Shown piece after piece: positions 32,520 through 43,394 of a stretch of 64,000 nucleotides of DNA; positions within the stretch are counted from its first letter, which is position 1; each line of letters begins with the position of its first letter. The notes beneath the pieces were generated by a model. The model made no database searches. It saw only the letters and a program-made list of their open reading frames with translations, and had not been told where the DNA came from. Location of the stretch: positions 1 to 64,000 of the IMG/VR virus record IMGVR_UViG_3300027541_000009, one strand, 5' to 3'. The position numbers and the translations under genes are program-made.

Positions 32520-32879
32520 TTGGGAGATTTATGTAAATTGGAAAAATTCTCAATGGGTAATCACCTCTTACTAGAGGTTTATAACGTAGAATATACATTA
32601 CTTAACACTTTAGAACCGTTACTAGAAGTCATGCAGAATGCCGTCTGCCGTGCTGGTATGACCATTCTGAATACTTCTAGTCATGTGTTTCAACCACAAG
32701 GTCTAACGGTCGTTCTAACCCTCTCTGAGAGTCATTGCTCTTTACATTCATGGCCAGAACAGGGTTGTGCTGCAATAGATGTTTATACTTGCGGTGAAGG
32801 AAATCCAAAAATAGTTGCAATTGAACTTTTAAAATATTTTAACTCAGAAAACTATAATCTTCGTGAGTTAGATAGATAA
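32520..32879 (+). CDS. speD: S-adenosylmethionine decarboxylase proenzyme
   Basis: GNHLLLE..., LSESHCSLHSWPEQGCAAIDVYTCG; true start probably 32538 (TTG) or 32553 (ATG). Confidence 0.92.
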   Translation: MGDLCKLEKFSMGNHLLLEVYNVEYTLLNTLEPLLEVMQNAVCRAGMTILNTSSHVFQPQGLTVVLTLSESHCSLHSWPEQGCAAIDVYTCGEGNPKIVAIELLKYFNSENYNLRELDR

Positions 32880-32945
32880 AGTGTAGGAGATAGCAACCTC
32901 CTTTATAAAAGTTCTGTTTTTATTTTTAAAAACAGGAGCTAACCA

Positions 32946-33179
32946 ATGTCAAATTTACCAGTAGATAGAGATTCAAATTATATGAGAGAAATGTGGGGAA
33001 CCGCAAAATTAGTGACTGACTATCAGGCAGATTCAAAGGTATTACAAGAAGTTGTTCATGATATGGCACCTTCTTATCGTTTGACAAAACAATCAGAACT
33101 TCATGAAAGAATTAGAAATGATGAAGACTATGATGATTGGAGTTATGGACTAGAACCTTCTTATACAAATCATCCATAA
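32946..33179 (+). CDS. conserved cyanophage hypothetical protein
   Basis: AGGAG SD. Confidence 0.75.
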   Translation: MSNLPVDRDSNYMREMWGTAKLVTDYQADSKVLQEVVHDMAPSYRLTKQSELHERIRNDEDYDDWSYGLEPSYTNHP

Positions 33180-33235
33180 TTTTGTAACTTATCAAAAACA
33201 TCATAAATATTCATGATTATTTCTTTATAATCTAA

Positions 33236-33637
33236 ATGGGTCTTAAGATTTCGAGGGCATTTAAGGATATTAGTCTGTCTTTTAGTAGACATCCTGTGAC
33301 TAATGATATTCTTGTCCTTAAAAATGAAGACGCAATTAAGAAAACAGTGATTAATTTAGTCAGAACACGTATTGGAGAGAGGTTCTTCAATAGTTTATTG
33401 GGGACCTCTATTGCAGATGCATTGTTTGAACTTGCTGATCTAGATTATGTAACTTTATATAAAGAAGAGATTTATAATGTCCTAAGAAACTTCGAACCCC
33501 GTGTCAGAGTTAATAATGTAGAAGTTCAAATTGAAGATGATACATATGATTTAAATATTAGAATACAATATGATATCATTGGATTGCCATTTCCAGCACA
33601 AGAAATAGAATTTTTACTTCAACCGACTAGAATATAA
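33236..33637 (+). CDS. gp25: baseplate wedge subunit gp25
   Basis: DISLSF..HPVTND...AIK..V.NL..T..GERFF...FEPRV; ATAAATA at 33203. Confidence 0.92.
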   Translation: MGLKISRAFKDISLSFSRHPVTNDILVLKNEDAIKKTVINLVRTRIGERFFNSLLGTSIADALFELADLDYVTLYKEEIYNVLRNFEPRVRVNNVEVQIEDDTYDLNIRIQYDIIGLPFPAQEIEFLLQPTRI

Positions 33638-35520
33638 TGTCATTCAATCAGTTTACCAATTTAGATTTTAGTTCATTACGAACTCAAATCAAAGAATATT
33701 TGAGATCTAACAGTAATTTTACTGACTTTGATTTCGAGGGCTCTAATTTCTCAACTCTGATTGATCTATTAGCATATAATTCTTATATTACATCATTTAA
33801 TACGAATATGGCTGTCAATGAGGCATTCATTGATAGTGCAACCGTTCGTGAAAATGTTGTATCTCTTGCTAGAAATATTGGATATGTTCCACGTTCAAAA
33901 AGATCTGCAAGAGCAAATATTTCATTCTCAGTAAATACTACAGGATTTAATTCTAAGACTGTAACTTTAAAAGCAGGAATTGTAGCATTAGGTGCAGTTG
34001 AAAGTGGAAATTATATTTTCTCTATCCCACAAGATAAAACGGCAGTAGTTGATAATAATAATATTGCTACATTTACTGATATTCCCATCTATGAAGGAAG
34101 TTATCTAACAAAGTCATATGTATTAGATAATTCACAAACAAATCAAAGATTTATTATTCCAAATGCTAATGTAGATATATCTTCCGTTAAGGTTTACGTT
34201 ACTGATACCAAAACAGAAGAATACAAACTATACTCAAATATTTTTGAAGTTGAAAGTACCTCTAGAATCTTTTTGATTCAAGAAATCGAAGATGAAAAAT
34301 ATGAGGTTATATTTGGAGATAATATTTTAGGAAAGAGACCATCAAATGGAAGTTCTATTGTTATTAGTTACATCGTAACTAATGGTAAAGAAGCAAATGG
34401 ATCTTCTAGTTTTACATTTTCTGGTGTATTGATTGATAATAATCAAAATAAATTAACTACAGGAATATCTGATCTATCAACCACACAATCTGCAGAAAAT
34501 GGTGATGATATAGAATCTGTAGATAGCATTAAGTACTTAGGACCTAGAGTTTATTCATCTCAGTATAGAGCAGTCACTGCAAATGATTACAAAGGTCTAA
34601 TACCATATATATTCCCTAATGTGGAAAGTGTCACTGCATATGGTGGTGATGAATTAGATCCACCAGAATATGGAAAGGTCTTCATTTCAATTAAACCTAG
34701 AAATGGATCATACATATCTCAAATTACAAAAGAAAGTATTAAAAAAGATTTAAAACAATACTCAATTGCTGGAATTAAACCTGAGATTGTAGATTTAAAA
34801 TATTTGTATGTTGAAATGGATGTAAATGTTTATTATAACAAGAGTTTTGTCTCACGTCCTTTAGATATTCAATCTGCAGTAATTAATACTCTTAAAGAGT
34901 ATTCAACTTCCACAGATTTAAATTCTTTTGGTGGAAGATTTAAATATAGTAAAGTTATATCATTAATTGATAATGTAAATTCTGCAATTACATCAAACAT
35001 CACAAAAATAAAGATAAGAAGAAATTTACAACCAGCTTTAAATAGACTGGCAACTTATGAACTTTGTTTTGGTAATCAATTCCATCTTAAGAGAAACAAA
35101 AATGGTGATATGACTGGTTATAATATTAAGTCTACTGGATTTAATATAAAAGATGTAGAAGGAACCGTATACTTAAGTGATATTCCAATTGATGATGAAA
35201 AGGGATCTATATTCTTCTTTAGAATTAAAAATAATTTACCAGTGATGGTAAGCAAAAATGTAGGTACAATAGATTATAAGAAAGGTGAGATTCGATTAAA
35301 TCCAGTTATTTTTACAGGAGTGTCAAGTACTGAAGGTATTGAAGTTCAAGCAATTCCAGAATCAAATGATGTCATTGCTTTGAGAGATATATATTTAGAA
35401 CTTAACATGGCAAATACTGTAGTAAATATTATAGAAGATACAATTGTTTCTGGTGAAAATCTATCAGGATCAGATTATGCAGTAACATCCAGTTATGTAA
35501 ACGGAGAGTATACAAGATAA
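33637..35520 (+). CDS. gp6: baseplate wedge subunit gp6
   Basis: FTDFDFEGSN..LIDLLAYN, RAVTANDY, YGKVFISIKP. Confidence 0.93.
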   Translation: MSFNQFTNLDFSSLRTQIKEYLRSNSNFTDFDFEGSNFSTLIDLLAYNSYITSFNTNMAVNEAFIDSATVRENVVSLARNIGYVPRSKRSARANISFSVNTTGFNSKTVTLKAGIVALGAVESGNYIFSIPQDKTAVVDNNNIATFTDIPIYEGSYLTKSYVLDNSQTNQRFIIPNANVDISSVKVYVTDTKTEEYKLYSNIFEVESTSRIFLIQEIEDEKYEVIFGDNILGKRPSNGSSIVISYIVTNGKEANGSSSFTFSGVLIDNNQNKLTTGISDLSTTQSAENGDDIESVDSIKYLGPRVYSSQYRAVTANDYKGLIPYIFPNVESVTAYGGDELDPPEYGKVFISIKPRNGSYISQITKESIKKDLKQYSIAGIKPEIVDLKYLYVEMDVNVYYNKSFVSRPLDIQSAVINTLKEYSTSTDLNSFGGRFKYSKVISLIDNVNSAITSNITKIKIRRNLQPALNRLATYELCFGNQFHLKRNKNGDMTGYNIKSTGFNIKDVEGTVYLSDIPIDDEKGSIFFFRIKNNLPVMVSKNVGTIDYKKGEIRLNPVIFTGVSSTEGIEVQAIPESNDVIALRDIYLELNMANTVVNIIEDTIVSGENLSGSDYAVTSSYVNGEYTR

Positions 35521-35521
35521 G

Positions 35522-38500
35522 ATGTCAGACATAAAGAAAGTAAAAATTCAGAATATTATTGAGAGTCAAATTCCAGAATTCTTAAATGAGGAAAATCCTC
35601 TTTTCAAAGAATTCTTAAATCAGTATTACATATCTCAAGAATATCCAACAGGTGCAATAGATTTAGCAACAAACATTTTAGAATATAAATCTATTTCTGG
35701 ATTTAATAATGAGAAATTTTTCAGTGCCTTTGTACCTCCCGTTGTAACGAAAGCAATTCTTTCAATAGATGATGTTATTAATGTTTCCCATACAATAGGA
35801 TTTCCTGATAGTTATGGATTAATCAAGATTGATGATGAAATTATTACATATACATCTAAAACAAAAACAACTTTTGAAGGTTGTGTAAGGGGTTTTAGTG
35901 CCATTGATAAGATCCCATCTGATTCACAATTAGATTCAATTTACTTTACTTCCACTGAAGCACAGGATCACCCAATAAATTCATCAATTAATAATTTGAA
36001 TTTATTGTTTTATCAAAAGTTATTTGAAAAGTTTAAGTTCCAATTCTTACCTGGATTTGAGAATAGAAACTTTGTTCCTGGAATAAACTTACAAAATATT
36101 TTAACAAGGGCAAAAGATTTTTATACTACTAAAGGTACTGATGTATCATATAAAATTCTTTTTAAAATTTTATATGGAGTAGACATAAGTTTAATTAAGC
36201 CTCAAGAATATATGCTGAGGCCTTCTGATAGTAATTATTTTGTTACTAAAAATATTTTAGTTGAAAAAATCTCAGGAGATGTCAATCCTTTAGATCTTGA
36301 TGGTAAAACATTATTTCAAAATATCCCAAATGTAGGTACTGCAAGTGCTGCAATTTATAATGTAGAGTATAGACCTGTTGAGGGTAGAAATTTTTATGAA
36401 ATATCTTTAGATTCTACTTCATTCATTTTTGATTTTATATCAACTAAAAAGACAAATTTATCAGAATCTGAACCTTTAAATACAAATTCTCTTTTAGTTG
36501 ATAGTACTATTGGATTTCCAAAATCTGGAACATTACTAATAAAAACTAAAAATGCAAATATTCCCATAGTAGCTAATTACTCAGATAAGACTGCAAATCA
36601 ATTTTTAAATGTTTCTGGAATAGTCGCACCACTAAATGAAGGTGATGAAATTATTGAAAATAATTTTGCATATTCATACCTAGGTTCAGATATAGTTGAA
36701 TTTAGAATACTGAACATTATAGATACTGTCGATTATTCACAATCATCTAATTTAAGAGTAGATGATAGAATCTCACTATCTACATTTGGATTAGATCTCT
36801 TAGATAAACCGGAATTTAATTCTTGGATTTATAATATCCCAACAACTCACAATATACAGTCAGTAACACCAACATCTGAAGATAGTATTTGGAGAATTGA
36901 ACTTAAAGATGCAGTAAAATTTACCATAGGTGAGTCTATTAAATTATTAAATCCAGATTTTCCTGATGACAATGAATTGATTGTTACTGTAAGAACTACT
37001 ATTAATACTAAAACTATAGAAGTTTTAAGTCCAGTAGTTATTACAAATAAATCTCAAATTAAAAAAATTATTAGAAAGTCCAATGTATTAGCATTTCCTG
37101 AAGTTAACAGTTTGACCTCAGGAGTTCAAAATACATACTCAGATGAGCAAGTAAACAATTTATATGTAACATCATCTGGATTACCAGATTATCAAGTCTT
37201 AGCTGATAGTAGAGCAGTTCGAGTTAGTACTCCTCCGATGCCAGTTAATGCTGGATCTGCTACTACTACGATTCTTAATACAGATAAAGTACATAGATTT
37301 TATACTGGAGAAAAAATATATTATTTTCCATCATCAGTATCCGGAATTATTACTGGGCAATACTATGTTACTACAGTAGGAAATAGTAACGATAGTTCCC
37401 AAATTAAACTTTCTTTAAGTAATAGTGATCTATATTCGGAAAAATATATTAATGTAGGATATGGAGTAACTAATGATTATTTTGTAAAAAATGATTATGA
37501 AAATAAAACTCTAGAGCATCAAAAACTATTAAAAAAAATTACTTTAACTAAAGAAGAAAATACATTAACTAGTCCAGAAGAAATATCGACAAATAATAAA
37601 ACTGTAGGAATTTTAGTAAATGGAGTAGAAATTTATTCATCTACTCTATATGATGAAAACATCTATTATGGAAAGTTAGATAATGTTCTCATCACCAATA
37701 ATGGATCTGGATATGATGTAATTAATTACCCCAAAGTAGATGTATTCGATTCTGAAGGATATGGTGCAAAAGTATGCCCTTCAATTACAGGATCTGTTAA
37801 AGAAATTAAAATAATACGTCCAGGTATAGGATATCAATCTAAACCTAAAATTTCTATAATTGGTGGAAATGGATCAGGTGCAGTTTTAAAACCAAACTTA
37901 ATAAAATCTAGAATTACCTCAGGATTTAGAGGTGATGGTAATGGTGTAAACCCATCTACAGATGTTATAACATTTGTAAGTAATCATAATTTTGACGATG
38001 GTGAGCAGGTTATATATTTAAATAATTCAAATTCTCCTATTTCACCATTACAAAATAATTCAGTTTATTTTGTAGGAAGAGAAAATGATACTCAGATTAA
38101 ACTTTACGAAAATCGAGAAAATGCTGCTAAAAAACAAAATAATATCAATTTAGTAGGAATAAGTTCAGGATTTCATTATTTTAGAACACTGAATAGTAAA
38201 AATACAATAACAAAAATTTATGTTGAAGATTCTGGATCAAATTATTCAAATAAATTCATAAGAGTACCTTCAATCCAAAGTACAAATGTAAATGAAGTTA
38301 ATGGTGTAAACACTTTTGACAATTATATTTTTGCAAAAAATCACACCTTTAAAGATGGAGATTTAGTTGTATATTCATCTACTGAAACTGAAATAGTAGG
38401 ATTGAATACAGAAACCCAATATTATGTTCATATAATCGATGAAAATAAATTTAGATTATCTTTAGCAGGTGTAGGTAATAGTACAAATATAGAAAATTAT

Positions 38501-41500
38501 AAAAATAAAAAATATGTAAAATTTAATAGCATTGGAGTAGGTACTCATACTTTTTCATATCCTCCGATTCAAATAGTAATCGAATCTGTTCCTGAAATAT
38601 CATCTTCAGAAATTATTGAACCTATCTTAGAACCTGTTGTCCTTGGATCATTTGACAATATTTTTATTGAGGAAAGTGGGTTCAAATATGGTGTACCAAA
38701 TATAGTAAACTTTCATAGAAGACCAAATATTGGAATATCTAGTATTACTTCAGAAGCAATATTAAAACCAATTGTACTTGATGGAAAAGTTGTTGATATC
38801 CAAATTTTAAGTCATGGAGCTGGATATACTAATGATATAGATGTAGTAATTTCTGGATCTGGAAGATATGCAGAATTTAAACCAATTGTAGAAAATGGTG
38901 AGATTTCAGATGTTATTATTCTCAATGGTGGAATTAATTATCTTCCAAAAAATACTGAGTTGAGAATTAAAAGAAGAGGTATAGACGCAAAGTTTATTGG
39001 AAATATTTTTGAATGGAAAATAAATCAAGTAGAAAAAAATAAAAGATTACTTACAAATTCAGATGAAGGAGTATTAGTTCCAAGTAAAAATCAACAGTAT
39101 GGATTACAATTTATAAATTTCTACCCACCGAAATTATTAAGAAAGAGTTTAAATGATCACTTAGATAATCAAAATAGAGAAGTATTGACTGAACTACATT
39201 CACCAATACTTGGATGGTCATATGATGGATATCCAATTTATGGACCATATACTAAAATTGGATTAGAAATGACTAAAGTGAGAAGTAGTTATCAAAAAAG
39301 AGTAGAGACTGATAGTAAACTTAGACCTATTGGACAGGGATTTCCAGATGGATTTTTCATACAGGATTATCAGTACGATTCTTCAACTGGAGATTTGGAT
39401 CAATATAATGGAAAATTTGTAATTAATAGTGATTTCCCGAATGGAACATATGCATATTTCTTAACTATTGATAATGAAATAAATTCAAATCCCGTTTATC
39501 CATATGTTTTTGCAAGTGAATTAAAAAATTCAATTATTAAAGAGAACACTAACCCTGCCTTTAATCAAGATTTAAATATTTCAGACTTAGGATTGATTAG
39601 AAATGTTGGTCCTTACTATATAAATTCAGTAAATTCAAATTATAATTTAATAAACAAGGTAAAAGATTCATATAGACAAACTTTTATAGTTAATGAAATA
39701 GAATCTTCAGGAATTGATGGGATCAATGTATATAATGCGGGGCAAGATTATAAAGTAGGAGATATTATATTTTTTGATAACTCTGGCACAGATGGTACAG
39801 GAATTTCTGCAGTAGTATCTGGAATTAAAGGAAAAGATATTTCAAATTTACAAGTTGGAATTAATACTTTTAATGAAACTACTTTTATAAAATCATCTAA
39901 TAGAATTACTGGAATTACAGAAGTTCCACATGGATTTAGAAATGAAGATAGAATTGTTGTATCTTCAATGTCTAATATTGATTTTAGATATCTAGAAGGA
40001 TTTAGACAAATTATTGTTAACGAAAAATCAGTAGGATTGTTGAAAAATATTGGAACTATCCTAGAAACTGGAACTCAAACTTCTATAGATGTAAATGATA
40101 CTTCTGTATTTGAAGTCAATGATTATATTAGAATCGATAATGAATTATTACAAATTACAAAAATATCAGAGCAACAGTCAAAACTTTATGTGAATAGACT
40201 TGAAAATATTGGTGTTCATACTGTTGGAATCTCCAGTGTAACATTACTTCCTCGTAAATTTACATATTTCTTAAATGATTCTTCAGGTAGAGACATCATT
40301 GGAAATAATACTTTCTATTTTAATCCTTATAGTGAAGTAGGTATTGGAAGTACAACTACAGTGTATGAACAATTTGATGGTTCTCTATTAACTATTCCAT
40401 CAAAATCAATTTATATTCCAAACCACAAATATCAAACTGGTCAAGCATTAACTTATGGAGTTGGCATAGGTGGAACTGGAATGTTAGTTTCAAATAATTT
40501 AACATCTCCAAGTTATAATCTTGATGATGGACAAACGGTATATGTAGTAGATTTAGGTAGAGATTTTATTGGACTATCTACTATAGGTTTTGTATCAATT
40601 TCAGGAATAGGTACAGATTATAACTCAGTATACTTCTTACAAAATCCACCAGGAATAGGAATTGGACATTCTCTCACAACTCAAAATGAAAAAATATTGG
40701 GAGATGTTAAAAATTACTTTATTGACGTTGTAACTAATGATGATCACCAATTACTTACAGGAGATAAAGTAAAATTAAATCTCAATCCCAATGATAGTAG
40801 AACTATCAAATTAAGATATGATCCAAATATTAGAAAAATAACTACAGATTTTGTAGGATTTGCTGGAACTTATGTTAATTTAGAAACATCTGAAATTTAT
40901 ATTGAAAATAATACTTTTAAAACAGGTGATAAAGTAGTTTACTATGCAAGTCCATCGGGAACAATTGGAAACTTAGTAGATAATGGAACATACTTTATCA
41001 TTAAATATAATTCAGATAAAGTTAAATTGGCAGAATATCCATCAGATGCTAAAAGTGGGATTGCTATCAGTTTCAGTTCTACTGAAACTGGAACTCACAA
41101 TTTAGCATTAATTAATCCACCACTAGAGATTACAAAAGGAGATACTGTTACATTTGATGTTTCAGATCCAAGTCTTCTTGAGATGAATTTTAAATTATAT
41201 AAAGATTTAAATTTGAAAAAAGAGTTAGAAAGTTATAAGTATCAAACTAATTCGGGTGACTTTAAGATTAGGACTGCAACAACTCAATATCCATCTGAAT
41301 TATATTATACATTCTTGTCTAATTCTAAATTAGACACCAGAAAAGATGAGATATCAAAAGATGATGAAGTAATAGGTAGAAACATGATTAGGATTATACC
41401 CAGTCAGTTTAGAAAAGAATATCCTATAATTTCAACTGGAAATACTTCCTTTAAGATAGATTTCCAATCTATTCCAGAAAACACAAATTATAATGTTAAT

Positions 41501-43294
41501 ACTGGCGTTTCTACAATATTCTATACTTCAAATTCTAAATTTATTACTGGACCAATTAATGATATTAAAATAAACTTTAAAGGAAAAGGATATAGAAAAG
41601 TACCAAAAATTAAAACCATACGAAGTGTATCTGGTAAAAATGCCACACTAGAACCAAGATCCAGTTCGATAGGAAAAGTAAGTATACTGAATAGAGTCAA
41701 AGATGGATTTGATTATCCAACAGATGCTACATTAAAACCATTTTTAAGTTCTCCTGCAATTATACAAGTTAAAGATATTTTAAGAGTTGAAAAAATTAAT
41801 ATTTTATCAGGAGGATCAGGATATAATACTCCACCATCATTAAGAGTTATAGGAAGTAATGAATTAAAATTATCTGCATCTATACAGGGAGGTTCAGTCA
41901 CTTCAGTAAAAGTAGATAAAAATGTAAATGATTTAAAAAATCCGTTAAGAATTGTTCCAACAAGAAATTCAAATGGATATGATATTGATAATATTACTAG
42001 ATTGGGAACCAATGTAACATTAGAGTTAATTAATTCAAACTCTCAAATTTATCCATTGGTTTCATCTGGATATGGGAAAACAGAAACAGAATTCCCATTT
42101 GCAGTTGGAGACGAGATTTTTATTGAAAATTGTAGAGTAGACTTGAGTGAGACTGATGAATCTGGAAATATAATACCAAAAAATAATTATAATTCTTCAA
42201 ACTATGGATATAGATTCTTTAAAGTAACTGGAATAAACACAAATAATTATACTGTTACTTATAGTATGGATGGAATAGGTTCTAATTTGGGAAATTATGT
42301 TAATGATTTTGGTTATGGTAGTGTTGTCAACAGAAAAAATATGGCAGAATTTGAAATGATTCTTGCTGATGATCTATCATATTTTTCTAAAGAGACTGTT
42401 GTTGGTATTGATAATTCTGGAAGAGAAGTATTTTCTGCAGAAATAATGGAGAATGGTTGGGATAATGAAATTAATCAGATGAGAGTGATTAACGCAAAAG
42501 GTACTCTTAAGGAAGGAAATAGAATCAAAGGTTTGATATCAAATCTGACTGGAACAGTGACAAATGTAAATTCATTTAACATTCCAACTTCTGTTGGAAT
42601 TTCTAGAGAAAAAGTTAATGACTTTGGTGATAGAAATGGATTACTCAATGATTACCAACAAAGAATCTCTGATAATAACTACTATCAGAAGTTTTCATAT
42701 TCAATTAAGAGTACTTTACCATATTCTACTTGGAGAGAGTCTGTAAAATCATTAGTACACCCTGCAGGATTTAAAGAATTCTCTGATCTTGATGTTGTAA
42801 GTATTGGTTCTACAATATTAAACAAAGATATTTCAGTAAACGTATTGGGATCATCACTAGACTTAACTATAAACATTGATAGTGAAAAATCAATGTATAC
42901 TAGAAATAATTTTGGAATGGTTACAGAGGAAGATCAATTTGAAGATGGATCGATTCAGAGAATAATATTCGATGAAGGTATTGCACTTAAATCTTATATT
43001 TTAAATAAAACTAATAAAGTCATACCAATAGATGATATTAGTCCACAATTTACTGGATTTACAACTACTACTGGAGGGGTAGTTGTTGGATTAACCACAT
43101 TTAAACTGAAAAACAAAGGAAATCCACTATTCTATAAAGAATTCAATTCCTCAAGTTCTTCTATTGTCAATTTAAATAACAATTCATTTAAAATTATCAA
43201 TCATAACTTCCAATCTGGTCAAAAAGTTTCATATGAAGTGGTGTCATCAGAGGCAATACCTACTGCAATAGTTGACAATATTATCGAATATTAA
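35522..43294 (+). CDS. gp7: baseplate wedge initiator gp7-like, N-terminal part
   Basis: ESQIPEF...Y..KGT..S.KILFKILYG; HSPILGWSYDGYPIYGPY; YYQKFSYSIKS...VHPAGFK; position between gp6 and gp8. Confidence 0.8.
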   Translation: MSDIKKVKIQNIIESQIPEFLNEENPLFKEFLNQYYISQEYPTGAIDLATNILEYKSISGFNNEKFFSAFVPPVVTKAILSIDDVINVSHTIGFPDSYGLIKIDDEIITYTSKTKTTFEGCVRGFSAIDKIPSDSQLDSIYFTSTEAQDHPINSSINNLNLLFYQKLFEKFKFQFLPGFENRNFVPGINLQNILTRAKDFYTTKGTDVSYKILFKILYGVDISLIKPQEYMLRPSDSNYFVTKNILVEKISGDVNPLDLDGKTLFQNIPNVGTASAAIYNVEYRPVEGRNFYEISLDSTSFIFDFISTKKTNLSESEPLNTNSLLVDSTIGFPKSGTLLIKTKNANIPIVANYSDKTANQFLNVSGIVAPLNEGDEIIENNFAYSYLGSDIVEFRILNIIDTVDYSQSSNLRVDDRISLSTFGLDLLDKPEFNSWIYNIPTTHNIQSVTPTSEDSIWRIELKDAVKFTIGESIKLLNPDFPDDNELIVTVRTTINTKTIEVLSPVVITNKSQIKKIIRKSNVLAFPEVNSLTSGVQNTYSDEQVNNLYVTSSGLPDYQVLADSRAVRVSTPPMPVNAGSATTTILNTDKVHRFYTGEKIYYFPSSVSGIITGQYYVTTVGNSNDSSQIKLSLSNSDLYSEKYINVGYGVTNDYFVKNDYENKTLEHQKLLKKITLTKEENTLTSPEEISTNNKTVGILVNGVEIYSSTLYDENIYYGKLDNVLITNNGSGYDVINYPKVDVFDSEGYGAKVCPSITGSVKEIKIIRPGIGYQSKPKISIIGGNGSGAVLKPNLIKSRITSGFRGDGNGVNPSTDVITFVSNHNFDDGEQVIYLNNSNSPISPLQNNSVYFVGRENDTQIKLYENRENAAKKQNNINLVGISSGFHYFRTLNSKNTITKIYVEDSGSNYSNKFIRVPSIQSTNVNEVNGVNTFDNYIFAKNHTFKDGDLVVYSSTETEIVGLNTETQYYVHIIDENKFRLSLAGVGNSTNIENYKNKKYVKFNSIGVGTHTFSYPPIQIVIESVPEISSSEIIEPILEPVVLGSFDNIFIEESGFKYGVPNIVNFHRRPNIGISSITSEAILKPIVLDGKVVDIQILSHGAGYTNDIDVVISGSGRYAEFKPIVENGEISDVIILNGGINYLPKNTELRIKRRGIDAKFIGNIFEWKINQVEKNKRLLTNSDEGVLVPSKNQQYGLQFINFYPPKLLRKSLNDHLDNQNREVLTELHSPILGWSYDGYPIYGPYTKIGLEMTKVRSSYQKRVETDSKLRPIGQGFPDGFFIQDYQYDSSTGDLDQYNGKFVINSDFPNGTYAYFLTIDNEINSNPVYPYVFASELKNSIIKENTNPAFNQDLNISDLGLIRNVGPYYINSVNSNYNLINKVKDSYRQTFIVNEIESSGIDGINVYNAGQDYKVGDIIFFDNSGTDGTGISAVVSGIKGKDISNLQVGINTFNETTFIKSSNRITGITEVPHGFRNEDRIVVSSMSNIDFRYLEGFRQIIVNEKSVGLLKNIGTILETGTQTSIDVNDTSVFEVNDYIRIDNELLQITKISEQQSKLYVNRLENIGVHTVGISSVTLLPRKFTYFLNDSSGRDIIGNNTFYFNPYSEVGIGSTTTVYEQFDGSLLTIPSKSIYIPNHKYQTGQALTYGVGIGGTGMLVSNNLTSPSYNLDDGQTVYVVDLGRDFIGLSTIGFVSISGIGTDYNSVYFLQNPPGIGIGHSLTTQNEKILGDVKNYFIDVVTNDDHQLLTGDKVKLNLNPNDSRTIKLRYDPNIRKITTDFVGFAGTYVNLETSEIYIENNTFKTGDKVVYYASPSGTIGNLVDNGTYFIIKYNSDKVKLAEYPSDAKSGIAISFSSTETGTHNLALINPPLEITKGDTVTFDVSDPSLLEMNFKLYKDLNLKKELESYKYQTNSGDFKIRTATTQYPSELYYTFLSNSKLDTRKDEISKDDEVIGRNMIRIIPSQFRKEYPIISTGNTSFKIDFQSIPENTNYNVNTGVSTIFYTSNSKFITGPINDIKINFKGKGYRKVPKIKTIRSVSGKNATLEPRSSSIGKVSILNRVKDGFDYPTDATLKPFLSSPAIIQVKDILRVEKINILSGGSGYNTPPSLRVIGSNELKLSASIQGGSVTSVKVDKNVNDLKNPLRIVPTRNSNGYDIDNITRLGTNVTLELINSNSQIYPLVSSGYGKTETEFPFAVGDEIFIENCRVDLSETDESGNIIPKNNYNSSNYGYRFFKVTGINTNNYTVTYSMDGIGSNLGNYVNDFGYGSVVNRKNMAEFEMILADDLSYFSKETVVGIDNSGREVFSAEIMENGWDNEINQMRVINAKGTLKEGNRIKGLISNLTGTVTNVNSFNIPTSVGISREKVNDFGDRNGLLNDYQQRISDNNYYQKFSYSIKSTLPYSTWRESVKSLVHPAGFKEFSDLDVVSIGSTILNKDISVNVLGSSLDLTINIDSEKSMYTRNNFGMVTEEDQFEDGSIQRIIFDEGIALKSYILNKTNKVIPIDDISPQFTGFTTTTGGVVVGLTTFKLKNKGNPLFYKEFNSSSSSIVNLNNNSFKIINHNFQSGQKVSYEVVSSEAIPTAIVDNIIEY

Positions 43295-43323
43295 ATATTT
43301 TTACCATTGCATTTATTAGTGAA

Positions 43324-43330
43324 ATAAATA
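43324..43330 (+). promoter_or_regulatory. late promoter between the two gp7-like ORFs
   Basis: ATAAATA in a 100-bp AT-rich gap. Confidence 0.6.
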
Positions 43331-43394
43331 TTTTAAACATATGTTACTTTTTATCATATTTTGAATAGATTCAGTAAAATATTAACCTAAATTT

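Noticed and set aside
43295-43394. Intron or translational bypass joining the two gp7-like ORFs
   Set aside because: The 100-bp gap is AT-rich with no group I core or bypass hairpin that I could see, and it contains a late promoter, which fits independent expression.
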